Program-made: the position numbers and the translations under genes | In this document: positions 10,901 through 19,265 of the stretch, one piece after another | Layout: each line of letters starts with the position of its first letter | Position numbering within the stretch: position 1 is the first letter of the stretch | From: Deltaproteobacteria bacterium | GTDB lineage: Bacteria; Myxococcota_A; Polyangia; Polyangiales; JADZFZ01 | DNA: 62,104 bases | Assembly (NCBI GenBank): GCA_020854145.1 | Contig: JADZFZ010001081.1 | Span: 1-62,104, forward strand | Reading direction: 5' to 3' | Notes under the pieces: generated by a model | Database searches by the model: none | Seen by the model: only the letters and a program-made list of their open reading frames with translations | Told to the model about the DNA's origin: nothing

Positions 10901-12509
10901 TCACGTACGCCCAGCGGTTCGCCTTGTCGTAGACGATCTTGTGGTCGTACACGCCGCCGTCGCCCCACGTGCGCGTGCACCACGCGTCCTGCGTCGAGCC
11001 GTCGTACGCGAACGAGTACGAGAAGCCGGTGCGGTTCACTTCGCGCACGAGGAGGTGCGCTTCGTACTCGTAGCGGAAGGCGCGGTTCGCGGGGTCGTAC
11101 ACGGCGACGAGGTCTCCGCGATCGCTGTACTCGTAGCGACGCCACTCGCGGTAGCCGGAGGCCGTCCGGGAATCGGGGACGAGCTGTTTGCCCCCCTGAG
11201 GGGGGCGCGGGGGGGTGACCTTGGAGCGCGTGCCCGTGTCGGGGACGAGGAGCCGGGTCAACCGTCCGTGCTCGTCGTGCTCGAACACGATGCGCCGGCC
11301 GCACGAGTCGACGACGAGGTCGAGGAGGGCGCGCCGGTCGTACCGCAGGTCGACCACGTGGCCGTTGCGGGTCCGGATGCGGCGGAGCATCGAGCGAGTC
11401 GGGCTCGCGTCGCCTGGGACCGGCGCGAAGTCGAGGATGCGGTTGTCGGCGAGCTCCACCTCGAAGTGGAGCGGGGCCGTGCAGCGGAGCGTCAGGCGGT
11501 TGTGTGGATCGACGAGCTCCTGTCCGGGACGGATCACCGCGTCGGAGAGGCCCGTCGTCGGCAGCTCGATCTCGCGGCCGTCCTCGGCCTTGTAGACGAG
11601 CTGGTCGAGCTCGAGCCACACGGACTGGTCGAGCGAGTGGCTCCAGCCGTGGCCGAGCACGCCATCGCGGTACGAAAGAGACGAGCTGTACTGCCGCTCG
11701 AAGGTGAGCGGGATCGGTCCCGGCAGCTCGAGGTCGGTGTCCCACGTCACGAGCTTCCCCGTCGCCACGTCCACCGGGTGCCCGGTCAGGACGCACGCGG
11801 CGCGATGCAGCCGGTCGCGCACGCGGTCGCCCGAGAGCCGCGCGAAGCGCGCGCTCATCGAGTCCGCGACGGCATCACCCGCCGCGTGGGCACCGCGCGC
11901 GACCCGCGCCCACACGCGCGAGCTCTTCTGCCAGCTGCGGATGCCGCGAAGTGCGGCGCCCCCGGCCGCGCCCGCGATCTCGCCGACGATGGCGCCACCC
12001 ATCGCGAAGGCGACCGCCGCCGCATCGACGGCCGGCGGACCACCCGTGAGCACGGGCCGCCCTTTCGGGATGGCGATCACGGCACCGGTCGGAAGCGGGA
12101 TCGGGTCGTGGTCGGTGAGCGTGATGTCGCCCATCCGCACGGCCTGCGCTCCGCGCATGCGCACGGTCTTCGATCCCATGATGAGATCGGCATCCCCCGA
12201 AGGCAGCGGCACCGTCGGCGCGCACCAGCTCACCCCCGGAGGGATCGGGATGACGTGGAGCACGCCGGGCACGTGCGTGCCGCTCATGCCCGTCGTCGCG
12301 ACGGGTACGCCATTCACATGGACGGGTGCCGGAGAGCCTCCGCCGGTGAGCGCCCCGATCGCGGCGCCCATCGCTTCGCCCATGAAGTCCGTCACGAGCC
12401 CGATGTACGGGTGCGGGAACGGGCACGGCGACGACACGGGCGGCGGAAGCATCTCCCAGTGGATGCAGAGGCCGATCACCAGATCGAACCACGTCGCCTG
12501 GAGCGCCAT
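7908..12509 (-). CDS. rhs: PAAR-Rhs polymorphic toxin with C-terminal putative HNH-fold nuclease
   Basis: PAAR-like GSKTVRMRGAQAVRMGD; GHPVDVATG (DUF6531-like); many YD repeats; core end PWRWPGQYEDEETGLYYNNFRYYD...NPLAWIDPLGL; tip (7908-8327) with RHH...LPTSSHRQLH. Confidence 0.95.
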   Translation of the reverse strand: MALQATWFDLVIGLCIHWEMLPPPVSSPCPFPHPYIGLVTDFMGEAMGAAIGALTGGGSPAPVHVNGVPVATTGMSGTHVPGVLHVIPIPPGVSWCAPTVPLPSGDADLIMGSKTVRMRGAQAVRMGDITLTDHDPIPLPTGAVIAIPKGRPVLTGGPPAVDAAAVAFAMGGAIVGEIAGAAGGAALRGIRSWQKSSRVWARVARGAHAAGDAVADSMSARFARLSGDRVRDRLHRAACVLTGHPVDVATGKLVTWDTDLELPGPIPLTFERQYSSSLSYRDGVLGHGWSHSLDQSVWLELDQLVYKAEDGREIELPTTGLSDAVIRPGQELVDPHNRLTLRCTAPLHFEVELADNRILDFAPVPGDASPTRSMLRRIRTRNGHVVDLRYDRRALLDLVVDSCGRRIVFEHDEHGRLTRLLVPDTGTRSKVTPPRPPQGGKQLVPDSRTASGYREWRRYEYSDRGDLVAVYDPANRAFRYEYEAHLLVREVNRTGFSYSFAYDGSTQDAWCTRTWGDGGVYDHKIVYDKANRWAYVTNSLGASRKYFFDERLLVTKIADSLGGEERFAYDEHARRTEHTDLAGRTTRFTWNERGDVVRTVAPGGATTEIVWDERHHAVEVTDPRGGVWRSRFDAQDQLVERTNACDEVTRFEWEHGLLRAVVMPGGARSEHGYEGKMLHVARAPNGRERRVFHDVLGRVVRVRNPREKQKPIDGRLPGDAVLVYHAKTGELVQETGFDGVVRHYDFDADGKLVREHSLHHDIRYEYAPAGFLAARETVVGADRFGDPEPRARVELLHDTEGRLVGVRNELGELYRFLLDPRGEVVGEVGFDGGVRRYVRNSRTNELEQIWLPSCRDTTPSGITGRPEPRWDPKGRKSVYDFDDAGRVSRVVHSDGTALRYAYDLAGAIVSIENESAIVRFERDLCGRVVREETVAHDDPETPCWARSTFDLAGDRQRVETSLGLDLFIRRDAIGDVASVEVGRALALDLGLTPLPPSARPKPPPNTPFAHARSVRPGDVVWRATFERDQDGLEVARRLPGGVAAHWERDPLLGLPDQRRIDAPNAVLQETTFDWDDQLGVLLGVTDTAHGAIRYGYDARLRLTNDRDPNRPDVWHFRRPDAAGNLFKTRDRTDRVYGPGGVLLEAETIGAINPKEPHAPSPRTRYVHDKDGNLIEKIEPALSPAEGPDGGTWKYAWNGHGLLTKVERPNGAIVTFAYDALARRIRKTVTTRETERTTRWLWDGDTPVHEWTTRRASGADVAGSAPLLASPPTTWIFEPETFTPLAKLEGDRRFAVIPDQVGAPNVLVDEAGKIAWRAQLDLFGVPQIDVDETACPWRWPGQYEDEETGLYYNNFRYYDSLTGAFISSDPLRLSAGLRAFGYAHNPLAWIDPLGLTSCDADELTELTAAQIHEWMGRERHHSVFRMLLRAFRNSGQVPGATTAAGHLRAQRLVPLPTSSHRQLHEIWDTRYPELARGEGASQRVGDLIRSGDERYAPSSIMDRLEQTTRTVLADEEGLPDALANIASMRSRLGI

Positions 12510-14140
12510 CAGGCATCCTCGTCGTGAGCGAGCACGGGGTCACCCAAGAGGCGCACGGTGCCCTTGAGCTCCGCAGGTACGCGGTTCCGAGGCACGTCGG
12601 CGATGGACACCTCGCGGAACGCGGGCGTCGTCGGCGGGGTCGCGCCCTGCGGGGTGGGCGTGAAGGCGAGCATCGAAAGCGCGGTCGCTTCGGAGCTGGC
12701 CGCCGGTGCAGCGCGGTTGCTGGCAAGAGGCTCCGACTGCGGAGGCGTTTCGGTCGTCGCTCCGCGCAGCATCTCCGCCCGCGCGCGAAGCGAGGCAGCC
12801 TGGCTGACCAAACCGTGTGCGTCACACACGAGAGCGAGCCGCTCGGCTACCTCTGCGGTCGTGGGCGACAGCGCGGGATCGTTCTCCTCACCCGCGACGG
12901 CGAGAGCACGCGCCCACGCTTCGGCGGCTTGCGGCTCGAGCCCTGCGGCAAGCGCGGCTTCGCCCGAGAGCCGGTACCCCTCGAGCGCGAGCAGCGGGAG
13001 CCGTGCAGCCTCGGCATAGCTGCCTGCGTCTGCGAACGCGGCGGACGCGCGCGGGAGGTCGGGCACGGCGGCAAGCGCGCTCGCGCGTGCGAGCTCGGCT
13101 TGGCAGGCGAGCGCGGGAAGCTCCGCCTCGTGGGCACGCGTGCGCGCGTCGCCGTAAATCTGGATCGCCTGTCCCGGTGCGCCGGCTGCCGCGACGTAGC
13201 TCGCGAGCATGATCTCGAGCCGGATGCCGTCTTCGTCACGGCCATGGAGGAAGCACAAGTCGCGTGCCTCACGGATCGGCGGCAACGGGGTCGTGAAGCT
13301 CCCGCGCGCGGAAGCCGCCGCAGCGCGGAGCACGAGCACGCGAACGCGCTCGAAGAGCGTGGGCTCGTTCGGCTCCGCGTTCTTCGACGCTCGAGACGGT
13401 GTCGCGGGAAGCTCGCTCCGTTCGGGATGGAGCGGATCGGTCGCCTTCCACGTTCGTCGCAGAGGCGGGCCGACGCGCGGTGATGCCGCGCCCACACGCG
13501 TTGCACCGACGGCGTCTGCGTCCGCGCCCGCGGCGCGGTCGAGGTCGTCGGCTAGCCGCACGGCGCTCTCTTGCGCATCTCCGACCGCGTCTACCGTAAG
13601 CGCCGCACGCCCTCCGAGGCGGAAGGCGAGGTCGCCGAGCGCAGGTGCGTGCGCGACCACGACCCATCGCGCGCGAGCGAGCGCGGGACCGGCGACGAGG
13701 AGCGCGACGCTCTCTGCCATCGCGCGTGCGTCCTCGATGAACGCGGGCGCGAGGACCACGACGATGCCTTCGAGAGCACGCGGCAAGGCATCGAGAAGAT
13801 CGCCGATCTCGCGCACGAATCGGTCCCCCGCCGACAGGGATCCCTCGGCCGTCGGTGGCTCGCGCTCGGGCAGGACGACACCCGCTCGTCGCGCCACATC
13901 GGCAAGCTCATCGCGACGCAACACGAGCTCGTCCGCACGAAGCCCGAAGCCGCCGTCCGCCGTCCACGGTGACTCGAGCACGACCTGCGGCAGCGCGCCC
14001 TCGTGCTCGGCGAGCGCGACGAACGCGAGCGCGTCTTCGCGCGACTCGGGCGAGACGACGACCTCGACGAGACGCCGGTCGGAACGCGCGCCGAGCCAAC
14101 GCAGCGCCGACCCGATCCGCTCCCGTGCCACTCGGTCCAC
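12509..14140 (-). CDS. hypothetical protein with TPR-like C-terminal half between vgrG and PAAR-Rhs (adaptor candidate)
   Basis: Stop overlaps the Rhs ATG by 1 nt; Ala-rich helical repeats; start uncertain (GTG 14140 or TTG 14185). Confidence 0.7.
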   Translation of the reverse strand: MDRVARERIGSALRWLGARSDRRLVEVVVSPESREDALAFVALAEHEGALPQVVLESPWTADGGFGLRADELVLRRDELADVARRAGVVLPEREPPTAEGSLSAGDRFVREIGDLLDALPRALEGIVVVLAPAFIEDARAMAESVALLVAGPALARARWVVVAHAPALGDLAFRLGGRAALTVDAVGDAQESAVRLADDLDRAAGADADAVGATRVGAASPRVGPPLRRTWKATDPLHPERSELPATPSRASKNAEPNEPTLFERVRVLVLRAAAASARGSFTTPLPPIREARDLCFLHGRDEDGIRLEIMLASYVAAAGAPGQAIQIYGDARTRAHEAELPALACQAELARASALAAVPDLPRASAAFADAGSYAEAARLPLLALEGYRLSGEAALAAGLEPQAAEAWARALAVAGEENDPALSPTTAEVAERLALVCDAHGLVSQAASLRARAEMLRGATTETPPQSEPLASNRAAPAASSEATALSMLAFTPTPQGATPPTTPAFREVSIADVPRNRVPAELKGTVRLLGDPVLAHDEDA

Positions 14141-14156
14141 GCCGTCCCCGCCAGGC

Positions 14157-16934
14157 TCAGTTGATCTCGACGGGCGAGCCGCCAATCACGTGACCGCCGC
14201 TCGCCGTCGAGGAGATCGCCCCGGCTGACGACTCGATGCCGCCGGGAGTCAGGCTCACGGAGCTGCCACCGCTCTCGACCTTCACGTTGGAAGCGCCGAC
14301 CACCTCGATGTTGCCGTCGGTCAGCTTGATCTCGGAGCCGCCCACCTTGATCGAGACGGACGCCGCAGCCTCGATCGCGAGCTCGCCTCCCGATATCTTC
14401 AGGCTGCACCCGGGGTTCTTGATCTCGACATTGCCCGCGGCATCCACCGTCACGTTCGTGCCGGCCATCGTGATCGTCGTCGGGCCTTGGCGGAGCTGGA
14501 GCTGCACGTCGGCCTTGCCGAGCCAGCTCGTCGTCACCGTGTCGATGCGCTCGCCGACGGTCGAGTGGTGGCTTCGTCCGGTGACCTTACGGCGGTGGCC
14601 CGCCTTGTACGTTTCGGTGACTTGCCCCGTGACGTCGACACCCCGCGTGCCTCCGACGGTGAGCGTGTCGTTCGACGAGATGGTCGCGGTCCGGTTCGCA
14701 GACAGCGTGTGCGTCTGATCGCCCGTGACCGATACGCCGCGCGTACCGCCGACCGAGACCGACTGCCCGCCGGACACCGACTCCGAGTGGCTGCCCGACA
14801 CGCTTGTAGACCGGTCACCCGTCACCGCGTTCGACTGGTTCGCGCCGACCGTCGTCGCGTGGTCGTTCTGCACCTCTTCGCGGAGGTTCTTCTGGGCGAA
14901 GAGGTACACCTCCTCGTTGCCCGCCGCGTCCTCGAACGACAGCTCGTTGTGGCCGGCGCTCGGGCCCCCTGGCGTCGTCGCCGTGCGGATGACCGAACGC
15001 GTCTTCTCGCCGGGCAGGTCGCGCGGGTGCGGGTTCACTCCGTTGTGCACGCAGCCGACGACGATCGGACGGTCCGGGTTGCCGTCCACGAACGCGACGA
15101 TGACCTCCATCCCGATCCGCGGGATGAACGTGAATCCCCACGCGGCACCACCCCACGTCTGCGCCACGCGGATCCAACAGGACGAGCGCTCGTTGCGCTC
15201 GCCTTCGCGGTCCCAATGGAACTGCACCTTGATGCGGCCGTGCGGGTCGGTGTGGATCTCTTCGCCCTCGGGACCCACGACGATCGCCGTTTGCACGCCG
15301 TACACGCGCGGTCGCGCACGACGCTTCGGCCGGAACGCGACCTCCGCGGGCATGCACTCGAAGCTCATGCGATAGCGATCGCGTTCAGCGGTCACGCCGT
15401 CCTGGTCGGTGATGACGACCTCGGGGCAGGCGCCTTCGTGCACGACCGAGGTCACGAGGTAGCGCGCGTCGCGTTCGCCGCGCGCGTGGCCCTTCAGCTC
15501 GAACGTGCGTCCCGGGAGGAATCCCGTGACGTCGCCCGTGCCACGGAAGCGCGGTGACACCTTCGCGCGGGCTTCCCTCGCGAGGCGCGCCTGAGGGCCC
15601 ACGTCGTTGCGCCCGTAGGTGCGCTGACCTTCCGAGTACGCGAAGAAGCTCGCGCCGCCGTACTCGTACGCCTCGAGGTCGCGGTCGCGCGGGTCACGTC
15701 CCCGGCTCTCGCCCGTCACGTCGAGGCCGGGCGCGGTCCAGTCGTAGTCGCGGGTGACGACCGACGTCGTACCCGTCGCCGTGACGACGTCGAACGTGCG
15801 CACACTCTCGACGCGCAGCTCTGCTCCCGCGGGCGCGAGCTGGACCGCAGATCCGTCCATCGTCTCCACCGGCTCGAACGGCTCCGGGGCATCCACGAGC
15901 ACGACCTCTTCGCGCTCGGTCGTGGGATCGAAGAAGAACGTGATGCCTTCCTCGGCGAGCAGCCGCGTGCAGAAGTCGTAGTCGCTCTCGCCGAGCTGCA
16001 CCGTGTACTCGCGCTTCGGGTACTCGCGTGTGAGCGCGAGCCGGACCGTGCGCTCATACGACTCGAGCCCCTCGGCCATCACCTGTTTCACGATCTCGGG
16101 GACCGACTTCTCCTGGAAGATCCGGAAGTCGAACCGATGCGTGAGCGCTTCGAGCGCTGGCGCGACGCGCACGTCCACGAGCTGGTGGCCGTTCGCGAGA
16201 CCGATCTGCGCGACGCGCGTGATGATCCCCGCGACCCGCTGGGTCAGCACCTCACGCTCGACGATGAGCTCGCACGACGCACCGAGGAGCTCCTCGGGAT
16301 TCACGATCAGGTCATGCACCGCGAGCCCGAGCTGCAGCTCGTAGAGCGATGAGAGCGCTTGCGTGCAGCGCACGCTCCGCACCTTCCACTCCACGTCTGC
16401 GTGGTCGTCCGGATAGAACGTGTAACGGACCGTCGGCAGCGCCGGTTCGGAGGCGCCCGCAATCGCGCCCGCGATCGCTTCGATGCCTGCCACGGCGAGC
16501 GATCCGATCGCGGCGGCCGTCTGCACCGCGCCGAGCACTCCAGCGGCACCCGGCACGAGCGCGCCGACGGCTCCACTGCCCAGCGCAGCCGCGCCTGCGG
16601 CCGACGGTGCCGACGGCGTGGAAGGCGCGCTCGGCACGCTGGGCAGCTCGGGTGCCTCTGGGCTCGGCGGTGCGAAGGCAGCCTGGGACGGCGCCGTCGT
16701 CTCGGACAGGTCTGGAGCCTCGGGTGCGCTCGGTGGCGCGAACGCGGGCCGCATGGGCACCGTCATCTCGGAGAAGTCCGGCGCCTCAGTGGACGGCGCC
16801 TCGATTCGGCCGACGGACGAGACGTCGGGCTCGGCCGGCGTCGAGCGGGGTCGGATGGGGATCGTCTCCTCGTGCCAGGAATCGGCCACCGTCTCTGCCG
16901 CAGCTTCTCCTGCTCGGTCGCTACGATCCGTCAT
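14157..16934 (-). CDS. vgrG: T6SS spike protein VgrG/TssI with N-terminal low-complexity extension
   Basis: REYTVQLGESDYDFCTRLLAEEGITFFF, RPRVYGVQTAIVVGP..EEIHTDPHGRIKVQFHWDR, IPRIGMEVIVAFVDGNPDRP, NELSFED; GGAGG RBS before ATG 16934. Confidence 0.95.
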   Translation of the reverse strand: MTDRSDRAGEAAAETVADSWHEETIPIRPRSTPAEPDVSSVGRIEAPSTEAPDFSEMTVPMRPAFAPPSAPEAPDLSETTAPSQAAFAPPSPEAPELPSVPSAPSTPSAPSAAGAAALGSGAVGALVPGAAGVLGAVQTAAAIGSLAVAGIEAIAGAIAGASEPALPTVRYTFYPDDHADVEWKVRSVRCTQALSSLYELQLGLAVHDLIVNPEELLGASCELIVEREVLTQRVAGIITRVAQIGLANGHQLVDVRVAPALEALTHRFDFRIFQEKSVPEIVKQVMAEGLESYERTVRLALTREYPKREYTVQLGESDYDFCTRLLAEEGITFFFDPTTEREEVVLVDAPEPFEPVETMDGSAVQLAPAGAELRVESVRTFDVVTATGTTSVVTRDYDWTAPGLDVTGESRGRDPRDRDLEAYEYGGASFFAYSEGQRTYGRNDVGPQARLAREARAKVSPRFRGTGDVTGFLPGRTFELKGHARGERDARYLVTSVVHEGACPEVVITDQDGVTAERDRYRMSFECMPAEVAFRPKRRARPRVYGVQTAIVVGPEGEEIHTDPHGRIKVQFHWDREGERNERSSCWIRVAQTWGGAAWGFTFIPRIGMEVIVAFVDGNPDRPIVVGCVHNGVNPHPRDLPGEKTRSVIRTATTPGGPSAGHNELSFEDAAGNEEVYLFAQKNLREEVQNDHATTVGANQSNAVTGDRSTSVSGSHSESVSGGQSVSVGGTRGVSVTGDQTHTLSANRTATISSNDTLTVGGTRGVDVTGQVTETYKAGHRRKVTGRSHHSTVGERIDTVTTSWLGKADVQLQLRQGPTTITMAGTNVTVDAAGNVEIKNPGCSLKISGGELAIEAAASVSIKVGGSEIKLTDGNIEVVGASNVKVESGGSSVSLTPGGIESSAGAISSTASGGHVIGGSPVEIN
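16638..16787 (-). repeat. in-frame tandem repeat in the VgrG N-terminus
   Basis: EAPDFSEMTVPMRPAFAPPSAP / EAPDLSETTAPSQAAFAPPSP / EAPELPS (66 nt, 63 nt, partial). Confidence 0.75.
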
Positions 16935-17193
16935 CTCACCCCTCCGACTACCGACGCTCCCAGTATCGATCCGATCCGCCCGCAGTTGCGTGATCAACGT
17001 GAACTGGTGCAGAGACGGGCGCGAGCATGAGCACTACGGCTCGCATGGAGTCCACTTGGGAGATCGTCGAGATCGAGAGGGAGGACGACCGACTTCTCCG
17101 CACCACGGGCTCCACTTGCGCCGCGGCAATCGCGTCGGCTCACGCCTTCTCGGACCCATCACGGACACGATAGCTTCCAGTCCGGCCACGGCG

Positions 17194-17418
17194 ATGCGCA
17201 CCAACCTCTCGCGATCACGCGGACCGAGCGACGACGCGACCCTCGTCCGCAGTCAGATCGGCCCGTTCACCATCGATGCCGTTCTCGGCAGCGGAGCGAT
17301 GGGAGCCGCCACGCGACCTCCAGCCGACCGCGTTTTCCGTGCCGGCGCCCGCCGGCGTGGTCGACGAACCATAGTCACCTCACGGGTCGCCGAGCCTCCT
17401 CATGCACGACGGCACTGA
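17194..17418 (+). pseudogene. N-terminal remnant of a Ser/Thr protein kinase
   Basis: IGPFTIDAVLGSGAMG (kinase subdomain I, GxGxxG), then non-kinase sequence and a stop after 74 aa. Confidence 0.55.
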
Positions 17419-19231
17419 GCTACTGCTCGACTACCATCTCGAGCCCCACGGCCGCATCCTTCGCGCGGAGCTTCGCCGGGCGCTGGACTGGGCGGGGATT
17501 CGGCGCCTACGGCGCTTCTGGAAGCGAACGGATGACGAGGTCGCGCGCTGGCTGATGGGCCTCGGTCAGACGACCCAGAACCGTGAACTGCAGGGCTTCG
17601 AGCACTACTGCGCCCTCGCCTCGGCGACCCTCCAGAGCGCGACATCGATGTCTCCGGGGAAGGTCGTCGCCGAGGTAGCCACCAGGCGGGTGTCCCTTTC
17701 CGTGATCGGACGCGAGGTGCTGGCGGAGGTCGTCCGTGGTGGGCCCTGGAGCGCTACCGACGCAACGGAGATCCTTCAGGTGCTCGTGCGCGTGGCGAAG
17801 CTCCCTGACGGCGAGTCGATCTACTGGGACACGGCGCGCCGCCGCCTCGAGCGTGCCGACGAAGACCTGGCCAGCGGCTTCGTGCGCGGCTTCTACCAGA
17901 ACCTCTACTACTGCTGGCGTCTCATCCTCGAGATGCTCGCCCTGCGTCGAGGCCCTTGGGCCCGCCCGCGTCATCCAACTACGGATTACCTCTCCTCTCG
18001 ACAGAGCGCAGACCCAACGATCGAGGCGGCACTCACCCAAGCGGCATCGCGACAGTTCGTCACGGGGAAGCACAAAGACTTTGCCAATGTCCTCGCCCTT
18101 CTGGCTGAGGCAGCCCTCGACATACCGGAAGCAGCCATCGAGCCCAAGAGCGTTCATCGGGGAGTCCTGATGAACCTCCGGCGCCTACACCGATCAGCTG
18201 CCACCGAGATTTCCCCGGCGGTCCGACGGCTCGTCCGAAGAGGTCGTCTGCCCCGCGATGTCCTCTGGCTCGAAGCCCTGCTCGTGCGGCTCTACCAAGC
18301 GCGGGAGCACGCCGATTATTGGCATTGCTTCGAGTCGCGTCTCTTGTCGTCCGATCGCTCCGAGGTCCGCGACGCCACGAGGTTGCTCCTCCGCGTCACC
18401 GAGAAGGATGGCATGAGCCGCGAGCTTCTCGAGGTCGTCCCGCTGCACCCGCCGATGAAGGCGGGACCCGATCATGCCGTGAACGGTTGGATCGAGACTC
18501 CCGACTTCGAGCTCGAGAACGTCTGCCAGGCCCTCACCGGATCGCTGGGGGACCGTCTTTCCGGGCCGGGCCGACGCCGAGCCACCGTCCGTCTTCAAGG
18601 CAGCCACATCGAGATCCGATCTGGTGGCAACCGCGTGCAGTTCCACGTTGCCACGGACGGATTCTTCGAACTCTCTCTCCAGCATGCCAAGGACGAGCAT
18701 GCCGCTTTGACGCTGCTCCGAGACGTGTTCATCGGTGTCGTCCTCGAGCTGCAGCGGAGGCTTCCGTCGGCGACGATCCGCTGGGGTGAGCTGCGGGGCT
18801 GGAGCGCGGACATCGACGACCGCGTGTACGCCGAGGTCGGGCGCGCCAGTGCCAAGATGCTCGACACCGTCCTCATCGGGGACGGCTTCGCATCGCTCTA
18901 TCGCGATCCCGAGGGTCAAGTGCACGCCTGGCAGCGCCCAGACGGTGTGACGCTCATCCTCCAGATTGGTGAGGCGGGACCGAAGCCGCTCCGCATCGTG
19001 CCCTCGAAGGCACGCGCCACCAAGACGCTTTGGTTCGGCCTGGAGCACAGCGAATGGCAACTGGCGCAACGCCCCTATTGGTTCGAGGCGCGACTGCACC
19101 ATTACGCCTCGCTTCATCGTCTTGTGGCGTCGTGCCACGAGGAGACCGAACGGGCGCGGCTGATCCAGGAGCTTCGCGCGAAGCTGGCACGGCTCGGAGG
19201 GACGGTCCGTCGCGCCAAGCGGGCGCCGTAA
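17402..19231 (+). CDS. HEPN-domain protein (UPF0332-like motif) with unknown N- and C-terminal domains
   Basis: ARRRLERADEDLASG..YQNLYY..., KSVHRGV, LYQAREHADY (18302-18319) follow the classic HEPN helix pattern. Confidence 0.6.
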   Translation: MHDGTELLLDYHLEPHGRILRAELRRALDWAGIRRLRRFWKRTDDEVARWLMGLGQTTQNRELQGFEHYCALASATLQSATSMSPGKVVAEVATRRVSLSVIGREVLAEVVRGGPWSATDATEILQVLVRVAKLPDGESIYWDTARRRLERADEDLASGFVRGFYQNLYYCWRLILEMLALRRGPWARPRHPTTDYLSSRQSADPTIEAALTQAASRQFVTGKHKDFANVLALLAEAALDIPEAAIEPKSVHRGVLMNLRRLHRSAATEISPAVRRLVRRGRLPRDVLWLEALLVRLYQAREHADYWHCFESRLLSSDRSEVRDATRLLLRVTEKDGMSRELLEVVPLHPPMKAGPDHAVNGWIETPDFELENVCQALTGSLGDRLSGPGRRRATVRLQGSHIEIRSGGNRVQFHVATDGFFELSLQHAKDEHAALTLLRDVFIGVVLELQRRLPSATIRWGELRGWSADIDDRVYAEVGRASAKMLDTVLIGDGFASLYRDPEGQVHAWQRPDGVTLILQIGEAGPKPLRIVPSKARATKTLWFGLEHSEWQLAQRPYWFEARLHHYASLHRLVASCHEETERARLIQELRAKLARLGGTVRRAKRAP

Positions 19232-19265
19232 CGCGCGGACAGCCGTGGAGATCACGGCTGCGCTG

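Noticed and set aside
8766-12527. Long plus-strand ORFs (618 aa, 621 aa) over the Rhs gene
   Set aside because: Antisense shadows with no motifs
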